DNA of 50,590 bases from Candidatus Limnocylindria bacterium. Its GTDB lineage: Bacteria; Chloroflexota; Limnocylindria; QHBO01. The notes beneath the pieces were generated by a model, which worked only from the letters and a program-made list of their open reading frames with translations, did not search any database and was not told where the DNA came from. How positions within the stretch are numbered: the first letter of the stretch is position 1; every line of letters starts with the position of its first letter. The stretch is taken from the NCBI GenBank assembly GCA_050695815.1, contig JBOGSW010000223.1:1-50590 (forward strand). The letters run 5' to 3'. Both the position numbers and the translations under genes were made by a program. Below are positions 1 through 9,046 of the stretch, one piece after another.

Positions 1-240
1 CCAGGAATCCACCTGGCGAGCCGCGTCAAGGAGCCATACGCCCGCTCGCGCGAGATCTTGAGGGTACAGCGGCAGCGAGAAGGCCCAATTCGTGCTCAGA
101 ATCGGGCTAGATGAGACTTGGTACCGCATACCGGAATCGCGGCGAGCGTCCGGTGGAGTCCGACTGAGTACGGTTGTTACGGTGGAGTACGGCCAGCTCC
201 GGTGGGTTCCGGCCGGCTTGAGGGTACGAATGAGGGTACA
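1..240 (-). repeat. Copy A of composite tRNA-Glu 3'-end repeat (attP-like junction, cut by window edge)
   Basis: 119-138 TGGTACCGCATACCGGAATC is the reverse complement of the last 20 nt of the tRNA at 21156-21232 (1 mismatch). Hairpin at 82-107. GAGGGTAC motifs at 60-69 and 220-240. Closely similar by eye to 4386-4539 and 18680-18918. Confidence 0.85.
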
Positions 241-404
241 AAGGCAACCTCACGAGGGCGTTGGCAGCCGCCATCTCCGGAACCGCACATCCCGCCAGAC
301 TCCCGCTCGTGGCGCCTCATCATTACGCCCGGATTGGCGGCGCGCCGTATCTCGTCATCATCGTCGCTCCGGGGGCCCGGCGCCTTCGCAAGCCTGCGCA
401 AGCT

Positions 405-632
405 GCCACAAAACTCGTGATCATTGACGAGTTGATCGTGGTGGCCGGCTCGACCAACTACACGGGACCGGCGAACCTGTACAACGACGAGAACATCTTC
501 GTCACGGGCTCGACGCGCGAGGAGGTCTCAGGAGTCGAGGTGGAGGTCACCGACCGGAAGATAGGCGGGTTCTTCAAGGCTGAGATCGAGCGCATCATTG
601 GCTTCTGCGAGCCGTACGACCCAGCAGCGTGA
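405..632 (+). pseudogene. C-terminal remnant of a PLD/Nuc-like (HKD-motif) protein
   Basis: ATKLVIIDELIVVAGSTNYTGPANLYNDENIFV resembles HxKxxxxD...GSxN, but His is replaced by Ala. No N-terminal half. The ORF runs directly out of repeat copy A. Confidence 0.35.
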
Positions 633-828
633 TGCACGTCGGGGCGAACTGCGCGTTTAGGGGTATGAGACCGCGCATCTCGTCCTCATTCACCAGACAG
701 CGGTATCTGCCCCGTGCGACAGGCGGGAAGTCCCTCTTGCTCGTGGCAGATGCCGAGAGTAGGGTCAGTTTCATCCGCCCGGATGACGACAACTCGCATG
801 GAGCTGGCCACGCTGGAGGGGTGAACCG

Positions 829-1557
829 ATGCACGAGCAGCGTCCGCAGAACACGGATGACCCTGACATGACCAGCCTTTCGAACCTGACGCCTGCCGAA
901 GAGCGTGTCTTCAATGAAGCCCTGCGCGGGCTGTCCGTGAAGGAACTTGCAGAGCAGCTCTACCTCACTGAGGCCACCATCAAGAGCCACCTCGCTCACA
1001 TCTACTCCAAGCTCGGCGTTCGTGGGCGATTGGATCTCTTGGCCCGATTCGCATCGAGTGAGAACGGCGGTGATGGCGCCCCTTCCACCGCTCGCAATCG
1101 GCGGAATAGGCAGGGCGGCCACGAGTCAGGCCCACCCAAGATGCCATGGATGGCGTATGGAGCGGTTCCAGGCGCGATCATCGCGGCGCTGCTGCTGTTC
1201 GTCCTCACGGTCTGGCTGGTTGAGACGCTCAGCGTGCAGAGCACCAGCCGCGCTCATGTTGACCAGCTGATCAACGCGGATGCCGTCGCCGAACTGGAGC
1301 TCGTCGGCACAACGCTGGAGGTCACGACGTCGGATGGCCAGCACCTCGAGGTGGCCGGGGTGACTGCTGATGAGATTCGCCCATTGGCGACGGAGCACGA
1401 GATTCCGTTTGCGATTCGCTCAGCCGGCGCCGACACGCTGGCAGGGTGGCAGATCACCTTGAATCTGCTGCCATATGCGGCGCTCCTCATCGCCGTCTGG
1501 ATAGGTGCCGTAGCCCTCTTCCGAACGGTCGCCGCTCGGCGAAGCGCCACCGCTTAG
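829..1557 (+). CDS. LuxR-family HTH regulator with a transmembrane segment and C-terminal extracytoplasmic domain
   Basis: LTPAEERVFNEALRGLSVKELAEQLYLTEATIKSHLAHIYSKLGV is a LuxR/GerE HTH. Hydrophobic helix AIIAALLLFVLTVWLV. SD GGAGGGG lies 8 nt upstream of the ATG. Confidence 0.8.
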   Translation: MHEQRPQNTDDPDMTSLSNLTPAEERVFNEALRGLSVKELAEQLYLTEATIKSHLAHIYSKLGVRGRLDLLARFASSENGGDGAPSTARNRRNRQGGHESGPPKMPWMAYGAVPGAIIAALLLFVLTVWLVETLSVQSTSRAHVDQLINADAVAELELVGTTLEVTTSDGQHLEVAGVTADEIRPLATEHEIPFAIRSAGADTLAGWQITLNLLPYAALLIAVWIGAVALFRTVAARRSATA

Positions 1558-1706
1558 CTGATCCGTACATCGGCCGCCGCTCAGCACGAGTTCATCCGAA
1601 CGGATGAGCCGGTTTCGCCTGCTTGGCCGGTGTCTCGCCGCCGGCTTCTGCTGAGACGCAGGTCAGACGTCCGTTTGGACGATCTGCGAAGCCAAGGAGG
1701 GAGCCG

Positions 1707-2300
1707 ATGTCTAAACGATGGGTTCGAGTGGTGCTGGCCCTCTCGCTTGTTGCGATCCTCACGATACCGAGCGCCACGGCTGCCACGGACGTACCGGCCT
1801 TCCCCGACTCGGAGGAGGAATGGCTGGCGATGTCGCCGGCCGAGCAGGCCGCTTTGATGGACCATCAGCGAAAGAAGCTCGACATCCTACTAGGCTCGGG
1901 CACCGCCGAGGTCTACACGGTATACGGGACATCAGCACCAGCCGACTCCGCATCGACGATGTCCATCTCCGTCAGTCGTAACTGTTATGTTCAGTGGATC
2001 ATCATTCCAGGCGAGGGGGACTGGGTACGCGGCGGCGGCTGGACGAGCGCATCTGACGAAGTCGATCACATCTGGGCAGGCAGGTCCGGCAAGAAGGGCA
2101 AGTTCTACCGCGACGGCCAGCTCAAGGGAAACTGGTACCAGGAGAGGTGGCCCGGATCGTATGCGGAGCGCCAGTCCGACTACCATTGGGCCTTCTGGTG
2201 GGAGTACGTGCACTGGACAACGCAGGGATGGCACGGCGCCTACAACAACGGACAGTACCTGATGAATGACAGCTACTGCTTCGCCGAGAAGTGGATGTAA
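1707..2300 (+). CDS. Secreted Trp/Tyr-rich hypothetical protein
   Basis: ATG at 1707 preceded by AAGGAGGGA. Signal peptide MSKRWVRVVLALSLVAILTIPSATA. Two Cys. No family recognised. Confidence 0.7.
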   Translation: MSKRWVRVVLALSLVAILTIPSATAATDVPAFPDSEEEWLAMSPAEQAALMDHQRKKLDILLGSGTAEVYTVYGTSAPADSASTMSISVSRNCYVQWIIIPGEGDWVRGGGWTSASDEVDHIWAGRSGKKGKFYRDGQLKGNWYQERWPGSYAERQSDYHWAFWWEYVHWTTQGWHGAYNNGQYLMNDSYCFAEKWM

Positions 2301-2317
2301 CAGACCGCGCGCCCGAA

Positions 2318-2345
2318 GGGCCGCGTCAAATGGCGCGGCCCTTCT
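2318..2345 (+). terminator. Hairpin terminator candidate after the secreted-protein gene
   Basis: GGGCCGCG-tcaaatgg-CGCGGCCC perfect 8-bp stem followed by TTCT, 18 nt after the stop at 2300. Confidence 0.5.
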
Positions 2346-2622
2346 CATGCCCGTAGGTGCTGAGCGAGCTGCGGAACCGCCCATAAGCTTCAGCCACGGC
2401 CCTCGACCCGCGCGGGATCTGCATGTCCATGTGCACGTCGGCCTGGGTGATCGTGAGGGTCATTCCACTTGCCCGCATGCGCTCCTCGGTGAGGCCCTTC
2501 GCGCGCAGCAGCGGCGCCGCGCTGTGCGGGCCGCTCCCGAGCACCGAGGTGAAGGTGAACCGCTCGATGCCTGCATGGGCGTCAGCGTTGATCAGGTCCC
2601 AGCGTGATCGTCTCGAGTGGCG
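2326..2622 (-). pseudogene. Start-less ORF fragment of unknown function
   Basis: The reading frame is open from the stop at 2623-2625 and has only a GTG at 2544. It sits 66 nt from repeat copy B. No family recognised. Confidence 0.2.
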
Positions 2623-2688
2623 TCACACCGGCCCGGCCAGCCTTACCGAGTCAATGCCTGCGCGGGCGGACGCGGCGATGGCAGCCTT

Positions 2689-2779
2689 GAGGGTACGAAT
2701 GAGGGTACAGCGGAAACGAGAAGGCCCAATTCGTGCTCAGAATCGGCCTAGATGAGACTTGGTACCGCATACCGGATTC
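2689..2779 (-). repeat. Copy B of tRNA-Glu 3'-end repeat (flank plus 20-nt tRNA end only)
   Basis: GAGGGTACGAATGAGGGTACAG at 2689-2710, hairpin, CTAGATGAGACT, then 2760-2779 identical to the last 20 nt of the tRNA. It diverges from the other copies after 2779. Confidence 0.85.
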
Positions 2780-3149
2780 CCAGTGAATCGTCTCATGCGT
2801 CTCAGCCGCGTTCACCCAGTACATCCAAGAGACGTATGAGGCGCATGAGACAGGATTCATAAGGGTCCAGATAAGGGACCACCCAGCTCAGCGCGCCGTC
2901 GCCCATAACCGGGAAGAGCACCGGGCAGGATCGCGGCGTTCTGCGCGCGACCGTGATTACGCGGCGCCACCAGTTACTGTTGCCTCAGACCGGGGTGTGT
3001 CGAACCCCCGACCTGCTGGATCCGAAGTCCGATGCCAGTGGAAGCGCCCGCGCGGAGAGTGTTCGGATCCAGTCGGGCGCGCGACACGCTCCGCCGGGCT
3101 GGGTCGACCTTACCGACCGTGATGAGTGTGGCCTGCGCATTGAACTGGC

Positions 3150-3749
3150 TCATGCCTTCTCGACCTCGATCAGCACCCGGTGCAGCAGTGTGCGCAAGCG
3201 GCGCACGTAGTCGGCCTTGGACCATTCTCGGCCCACCACCAGTTCCTCCCATAGCTGCCATGAGGTCAAGCCGCAGAGGATGTCGGTAGCCGTCTCGACG
3301 TCCCAGGCGGGTAGGAGCAATCCGTCGCGCTCCAGCCGCTCGACGACTCCGCGGTACAGATTGCGCCGAGATGCCATCCGCTCCTCCCACGCGGCCTTAA
3401 TGGCATCGTCATGATGGCGGCCGGCCAGCAACACGCGGGCGACCGGATACGCGACCGGGTGATACTCGGCATGGACGTTGGCCACCGCATCCAGCGCCGC
3501 AACGGACGTTCGAGCGTCGAAGACGCGCTGCAGCAGCGCATGCAGCATCCCGGTCTCGTCCATGTGCTGCACCATCGCGATCAGCAGGCCGGTTCGCGAT
3601 CCGAAGTGAACGTAGACGGTCTGGCGCGACACGCCCGCCGCATCGGCCACGCCTTCCAGCGTCACGCCGGTACCGCGCTCCCGTACGACACGGGCGGCGG
3701 CATCCAGGATCGACTCGCGGGTCGACGGCGGCGGTTTCGAGGTTGACAC
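3150..3749 (-). CDS. TetR-family transcriptional regulator
   Basis: N-terminal HTH SILDAAARVVRERGTGVTLEGVADAAGVSRQTVYVHFGSRTGLL. GTG start. Divergent from the SRPBCC gene. Confidence 0.85.
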   Translation of the reverse strand: MSTSKPPPSTRESILDAAARVVRERGTGVTLEGVADAAGVSRQTVYVHFGSRTGLLIAMVQHMDETGMLHALLQRVFDARTSVAALDAVANVHAEYHPVAYPVARVLLAGRHHDDAIKAAWEERMASRRNLYRGVVERLERDGLLLPAWDVETATDILCGLTSWQLWEELVVGREWSKADYVRRLRTLLHRVLIEVEKA

Positions 3750-3784
3750 GTTGTAAGGAACCCGGCTAGCGTGAGAGTCGAATC

Positions 3785-3797
3785 TTACAGTGTGTAA
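3785..3797. promoter_or_regulatory. Candidate TetR operator palindrome
   Basis: TTACA-gtg-TGTAA in the 89-nt divergent TetR/SRPBCC intergenic region. TGTAAG (3752-3757) and CTTACA (3784-3789) are also inverted. Confidence 0.3.
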
Positions 3798-3838
3798 ACC
3801 CTTAGCCTCGAAGCGGTCGAGGAATTGGTCGGGAATGA

Positions 3839-4312
3839 GTGGAGGGCCTTCACCTGGTGGGTACAGAGATCACGGCGGAGAGCAGCGCCAGCATCGAGAG
3901 GCCGGTGCAGGATGTGTGGGCTTTCGTATCGAATCCGAGCAATGAGCCCCGGTGGCATACCGATATCGTCGACATCAAGTCCGCGGGCGATCCGGCCGGT
4001 CACTCGCCAGAGTCGTGGGCTGTAGGAGCCACGTGGCTCGTGACGGTCCAGTTCATGGGACGCCGGCAATACGAGGTCGAGATCACCGCCGTCGAGCCCA
4101 TGCGTCGGATCGAGATCACCACGAAGACCGGCCCGATGAAGCCTATCGCCAGCTATGAGTTCCAAGGAGCCGATGGTCACACGCGCTTCACGCGTCGCGT
4201 GGACATGCCGCTCAGTGGACCGATGCGCCTCCTTGCGCCACTGATGCGAGGAGACCTGCGGAAGCGAAACGCTCGGTTCGTCCAGAATCTCAAGGAACTG
4301 CTCGAGACATAG
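3839..4312 (+). CDS. SRPBCC (polyketide cyclase/START-like) family protein
   Basis: SASIERPVQDVWAFVSNPSNEPRWHTD is a typical SRPBCC N-terminus. About 150 aa. The start may be GTG at 3857, after GGAGGG. Confidence 0.7.
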   Translation: MEGLHLVGTEITAESSASIERPVQDVWAFVSNPSNEPRWHTDIVDIKSAGDPAGHSPESWAVGATWLVTVQFMGRRQYEVEITAVEPMRRIEITTKTGPMKPIASYEFQGADGHTRFTRRVDMPLSGPMRLLAPLMRGDLRKRNARFVQNLKELLET

Positions 4313-4385
4313 AGCGACGCGCGAGAGGCCGGGCCAGCCCGCGGCCGACCATCACGACGCGCCCAAGATGCTCTCGTAGCGTTGC

Positions 4386-4539
4386 AGAGAAGGCCCAACT
4401 CGTGCTCAGAGTCGGCCTAGATGAGACTTGGTACCGCATACCGGAATCGCGGCGAGCCTCCGGTGGAGACCGACTGAGTACGGTTGTTCCGGTGGGACCC
4501 TGGCCAGTTTCGGTGGATTCCGGCCGGCTTGAGGTACAG
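4386..4539 (-). repeat. Copy C of composite tRNA-Glu 3'-end repeat (attP-like junction)
   Basis: Hairpin at 4392-4417 with a compensatory change. 4429-4448 TGGTACCGCATACCGGAATC. Shared arm ends in GAGGTACAG at 4531-4539. Confidence 0.85.
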
Positions 4540-4641
4540 AGCCCGACCCGATTGTCCTCATGCCTGTCAGCGCATGAGGCCTTCGCATGCCACGCCGAGC
4601 GCGAAGCGGCATAACTGAGGGCGTCGTTCCGAGCGACCACC

Positions 4642-7596
4642 TCACCGGCGGCGGACGAGCTTGCGGATCTCCTCGAACCACAGCACCGAACTGGCGATGG
4701 CCGCGCACAGCAGCCAATCGCCGAGGCCGAGCGGAGCGGTGCCGAACGCCTCATTCAGGAGCGGCAGGTGGACGACGACGACCTGCAGCGCCAGCGAGAT
4801 GGCGATCGCCGCCAGGAGCGGGCGATTCGCCCCGAGTCGAGCGAACGCCGACTCCCGTTCGGCGCGCGCGTTCAGCGCATTGAAGAGCTGCGCCAGCACG
4901 AGCACCGTGAAGGCGGCGGTGCGCGCCTCGGTCAGGCTCGACGAGCCGGCGACCAGGCCACCCGGCAGCTTCAGGTCGAGCATAAGCAGCGTGGCGAGGG
5001 CCATGACCACGCCGATCAGGAGCACCGCGACCTGCATCTCGCGGTCGATCACCCGCTCGCGCAGCGTGCGCGGCGGGCGGCGCATCACGTCGGGCGGCGG
5101 CGGTTCGTAGGCCATTGCCAGCGCCGGGCCGGAGTCGGTCAGCAGGTTGATCCACAGGATCTGGGTCGCCAGCAGCGGCGCGGCCACCGCTTCGCCGGCC
5201 AGGTCGAGGCCGATGACCGAGGCGCCGATGACGCCGAGGAACAGTGTCAGCACCTCGCCGCTGTTCGACGACAGCAGATAGCGCAGCGAGCGCCGGATGT
5301 TGGCGAAGATGGCTCGACCCTCGCGCACCGCGCCGACGATCGTCGCAAAGTTGTCGTCGACGAGGATCATCCTGGCCGCCTCTTTGCTGACGTCGGTCCC
5401 GGTGATGCCCATCGCGATCCCGATGTCGGCCGCCTTGAGTGCCGGTGCGTCGTTGACGCCATCGCCGGTCATCGCCACCACGTTGCCGTCGGCTTGGAGG
5501 GCGTCCACGATGCGCAGCTTGTGCTCGGGTGCGACGCGCGCGTAGACCGAGACCGCGTGCGCCCGCGCGGCCAGCACGTCGTCATCCAGGGCGTCAAGCT
5601 CGAGCCCGGTCATGGTCACCCCGGCGGCGAGAGCGCCGGACGCATCGGACGTGCCGGAGGTTGGCGCCGGTGTGATCCCCAGGTCGCCGGCGATTCGCGC
5701 CGCGGTGCGGGGGTGATCGCCGGTGATCATCACGACGCGAATGCCGGCGGCCCTCGCTTCAGCGATGGCTCGAGCGGCCTCGGGGCGGGGCGGATCGATC
5801 ATCCCCACCACACCCGCGAAGACCAGGTCCAGCTCGAGCGACTCGTCCGCGTCCGGCGCCGATGTGGTCTCGAGCCGTCGATACGCGACGCCCAGCGTGC
5901 GCAGGGCGTCCCCCGCCAGCCGCTCAATACTGGCGAGGATTTCGCCCCGCCGCTCATCCGTGAGCGACATCTCGTCCGTGCCCACCCGCTCCCGGGAGCA
6001 CCGCCCCAGGAGGACGTCGGGCGCACCCTTGGTCACGATCGCGATCCGTCCCTCGCGTGCGGCGTCGACCTCGATGCTGCTCATCAGCTTGCGCTCTGCA
6101 GTGAATGGCACCTCGGCCACACGGGTGAAGCGGGCGCGGCGCTGCTCGGTGAAGCCCAGCTTGCGTTCGGCCACCAGGAAGGCGGCATCGGTCGGGTCGC
6201 CCTGGACGCTCCACGCGCCGCCCTCCTCACGCAGGACAGCATCGTTCGCCAGGCTCCCACCAGCGAGCACGACCCGCGCCTCCTCGAGCAGTGGGCCGTC
6301 GTGGATCGGCTGGTCTCCGGCTCGGATCTCGCCCTCCGGTCGGTAGCCGATGCCGCCGATCGAGACCTCGCCGGAGCGGGTGACCACGCGCTGGATCGTC
6401 ATCTCATTCCTGGTCAACGTGCCGGTCTTGTCGGACCCGATCACCGAGGCGGAGCCGAGCGTCTCCACCGACGAGAGCCGCTTGACGATGGCGCGTTGGC
6501 GGGCCATGCGCTGAACGCCGAGTGCCAGGATCAGGGTCAGGATCGCCGGAAGACCCTCCGGCACCGCCGCAACGGCGAGCGAGACGCCGAGGAGCAGGAC
6601 GGCGATCAGGTCGGACGCCCCGCTCACGCCGGAGGTCAGCAGGATCGTCCCGACCACCACGGCAGCGATGCCGATGACGGCGACGCCGAGGACCCGGCCG
6701 ACACGCTCGATCTCGCTCTGGAGCGGCGTCCTCTCCTCGGCGGTGCGCCCCAGGAGCTCCGCGATCCGGCCCATCTCGGTGCACATCCCGGTGGCGGTCA
6801 CGATCGCGCGGCCGCGCCCGCGCGCCACCGCCGTCCCCCGGAACACCATGTTCAACCGATCGCCGAGCGATGCGGGCTGTGTCAGGGGCCGGGGGTCCTT
6901 GAGCACTGGCTCGCTCTCGCCGGTCAGCGACGCCTCAGCGACGGTCAGCGCGGCAGCCTCGACGAGCCGGCCGTCGGCGGCGATGGCGTCTCCCTCCTCG
7001 AGAAGGAGGAGGTCGCCGGGCACGACGTCCTCCGCCGCGACGCGGACCTGCCGCCCGCCGCGCAGCACCCCGGCGCTGGGCGCCGCCATGCGCTGCAGTG
7101 CCGCCACCGCCCGCTCGGCGCTTCGCTCCTCGAGAAAGCCGATAACGCCATTGGCGACGATGATCGCGGCGATCACAATCGCCTCGAACGGCACCCCGTC
7201 GGATCCCTCAAAGGCCCACGCCAGGAGCGAGACGGCGACGGCGGCCAGCAGCAGGTAGATCAGCGGGTCGGCGAACTGGGCGAGGAGCTTCCTCCAGGCA
7301 GGCATCCGGGCGGCCGCGTCCAAGAGGTTTGGACCGATCCGTGCGCGACGCGCGGCGGCCTCCGCCACGCTCAGCCCGGTGCCCGGAACGCTGCCCAGGG
7401 AGCGGCCGACGGTGTACGCATCCACGAGCGACGGATCGCCGACGGACGGCTCGGCGAGCTCCGGGCCGCCGGCAACCTCGATCGCGGCGGAGTCCGGCGC
7501 GATACCTGGCGGCGACGCCTCTCGCGCATCCATGGTCGGCCGTTTCAAGAGTCTCATCCTTCGTGACGGGTACTCGACTGCGGTAGGACCGTGCAA
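4642..7596 (-). CDS. Cation-transporting P-type ATPase (type II, Ca2+/Mg2+-like)
   Basis: Motifs DKTGTLT, PEGLPA and TGDGVNDAPALK, with about 10 TM segments. Start ambiguous: TTG at 7596, ATG at 7557 or 7533. Confidence 0.9.
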   Translation of the reverse strand: MHGPTAVEYPSRRMRLLKRPTMDAREASPPGIAPDSAAIEVAGGPELAEPSVGDPSLVDAYTVGRSLGSVPGTGLSVAEAAARRARIGPNLLDAAARMPAWRKLLAQFADPLIYLLLAAVAVSLLAWAFEGSDGVPFEAIVIAAIIVANGVIGFLEERSAERAVAALQRMAAPSAGVLRGGRQVRVAAEDVVPGDLLLLEEGDAIAADGRLVEAAALTVAEASLTGESEPVLKDPRPLTQPASLGDRLNMVFRGTAVARGRGRAIVTATGMCTEMGRIAELLGRTAEERTPLQSEIERVGRVLGVAVIGIAAVVVGTILLTSGVSGASDLIAVLLLGVSLAVAAVPEGLPAILTLILALGVQRMARQRAIVKRLSSVETLGSASVIGSDKTGTLTRNEMTIQRVVTRSGEVSIGGIGYRPEGEIRAGDQPIHDGPLLEEARVVLAGGSLANDAVLREEGGAWSVQGDPTDAAFLVAERKLGFTEQRRARFTRVAEVPFTAERKLMSSIEVDAAREGRIAIVTKGAPDVLLGRCSRERVGTDEMSLTDERRGEILASIERLAGDALRTLGVAYRRLETTSAPDADESLELDLVFAGVVGMIDPPRPEAARAIAEARAAGIRVVMITGDHPRTAARIAGDLGITPAPTSGTSDASGALAAGVTMTGLELDALDDDVLAARAHAVSVYARVAPEHKLRIVDALQADGNVVAMTGDGVNDAPALKAADIGIAMGITGTDVSKEAARMILVDDNFATIVGAVREGRAIFANIRRSLRYLLSSNSGEVLTLFLGVIGASVIGLDLAGEAVAAPLLATQILWINLLTDSGPALAMAYEPPPPDVMRRPPRTLRERVIDREMQVAVLLIGVVMALATLLMLDLKLPGGLVAGSSSLTEARTAAFTVLVLAQLFNALNARAERESAFARLGANRPLLAAIAISLALQVVVVHLPLLNEAFGTAPLGLGDWLLCAAIASSVLWFEEIRKLVRRR

Positions 7597-7638
7597 GTCG
7601 CGGCCGCCGATCAGCCGGGGTCACACCTTGTGCCTCAG

Positions 7639-7962
7639 TCAATCGCCGTACTGCGGCCACGCCTCCTCGCGCTGAACGCGGATCGTGAGCTTCGTCTCCC
7701 TCTGACTGAGTGCGCCAGCTGCAGCCCACACGGGTTCCATACGGGGGCCACCCCTGATGCCGAGAAGCAGCGGGATCTCGATGAGGGTGGTTCCCTCCTC
7801 GGAGTCGATATAGATCCGCCGCACATTGCCTTCATGCACGAGTTTCTGAAGGGTGGCGATCATCTCCTCGCCGCGCGATGAATGGCCGTTCGATTGGCCA
7901 GGAGCCGCCTGTGAGGCGGATACATCTCCTCGATCGCGCGTGCGCCGGTTGGTCGAGGTCAT
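7639..7962 (-). CDS. DUF4342-like small protein
   Basis: LVHEGNVRRIYIDSEEGTTLIEIPLLLGI...PVWAAAGAL matches the DUF4342 pattern. ATG at 7962 preceded by GGAGG. Confidence 0.6.
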   Translation of the reverse strand: MTSTNRRTRDRGDVSASQAAPGQSNGHSSRGEEMIATLQKLVHEGNVRRIYIDSEEGTTLIEIPLLLGIRGGPRMEPVWAAAGALSQRETKLTIRVQREEAWPQYGD

Positions 7963-8191
7963 TTCAGACCTCCGTGGAACGAGCTGTGCAGCACGCCCCC
8001 ACGATGTGGATGCCGGCGCCGGCAATCATGACTATCCTCCTGTCTCATCCGAATTTTCGGGCAGCCCGCTGCGGCTTCCTGAACAGGCCGAGCTGAAGGC
8101 CAGCTCATTGATGGAACCTTGTCAGGCGCGAAACCGGGGAGGCACTCTGCCCGGCCGGTCTCGTCGCCTGACCGGAATCCGTGTGCCGTCG

Positions 8192-8935
8192 TCAGCCGGC
8201 TCTCGCCACGACCGCCTGCTCGATGAGCTCCACCAAGCGCTTCGCGTAGCGCGTGAAGCCGCCGGCATGGCTGGCGTCGTCGAAGCGAACGACGGTTGAT
8301 CCCGCCCGCTCTGACATGAACTGCTGTGCGGCTGGGTCGATCACGAGATCCTGGCCCGAGATCGCGTACCACGACGGCAGGTCGTGCCACGCCACCGGCC
8401 CGGACGGCTCGCCGAGGGCCTCGAGGCTCGCCGGCCGCTGAGCCGCGTTGAGCTCGGCCGCCTGTTCCGCGCTCAGATCCTGGCAGAAGACCTGGGGGAA
8501 GAACGCACGGTCGATGTAGGCGAACGGGTGAGGATCAAAGACGAGGTGCTTGACCAGCTCGCTCTCTCTGTATCCCTCCTGGACGCTGAAGGCGGACTGC
8601 CCCTCTTCTGGGATGAGTCCGGCCGTGTAGACGAGGGCTACGACGTCGGATCGGCCGGCCGCGGCATTCGAGATCACCATCCCGCCGTACGAGTGGCCGA
8701 CGAGGATCTTCTTGCCGGGGATCCCGTCGAGGGTCGCCCGAACGGTCGCCGCGTCGCCGCTGAGGGTCGCTTCGTCGAGCGCCGGCGCTGCCGTGGCGAA
8801 ACCGTCTTCCTGCAGGATGGCGGCAACCTGGTCCCAGCCGGACGGTCCGGCCCATGCGCCATGGACGAGGACGATGGTGTGGCCTTCGCCCTCGATGCGG
8901 TCGGTGGGGTTCTGCGGAACAACTACTGCGTTCAT
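8192..8935 (-). CDS. Alpha/beta hydrolase (cytoplasmic paralogue)
   Basis: HTIVLVHGAWAGPSGW and nucleophile elbow GHSYGG. ATG at 8935 with AAAGGA SD. Confidence 0.8.
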   Translation of the reverse strand: MNAVVVPQNPTDRIEGEGHTIVLVHGAWAGPSGWDQVAAILQEDGFATAAPALDEATLSGDAATVRATLDGIPGKKILVGHSYGGMVISNAAAGRSDVVALVYTAGLIPEEGQSAFSVQEGYRESELVKHLVFDPHPFAYIDRAFFPQVFCQDLSAEQAAELNAAQRPASLEALGEPSGPVAWHDLPSWYAISGQDLVIDPAAQQFMSERAGSTVVRFDDASHAGGFTRYAKRLVELIEQAVVARAG

Positions 8936-9046
8936 CGGATCTGTCCTTTCACTTCGCTTGGGTGATTCCTTGTGGATCGCAGGATGTCGAGCCTGACGAG
9001 GCACCAGGCGGAGTGCCTGATCGCACATCCGCCTGGCTCTCCATCG

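Noticed and set aside
92-427. Repeated peptides MLRIGLDETWYRIPESRRASGG... and MVPHTGIAAS.RW.PTEYGCYGG... (ORFs 92-427, 118-420, 4402-4614, 18795-18998)
   Set aside because: They are translations of the tRNA-derived nucleotide repeat. Copies differ by a 1-nt indel (around 181-200 versus 4481-4501), which would break any reading frame, so the conservation is at the DNA level.
4768-7566. 932-aa ORF on the plus strand opposite the P-type ATPase
   Set aside because: It is antisense to a gene with the full set of P-type ATPase motifs. The translation is Arg/Gly/Asp/His-rich with no recognisable motif. This is the usual long shadow ORF of high-GC DNA.
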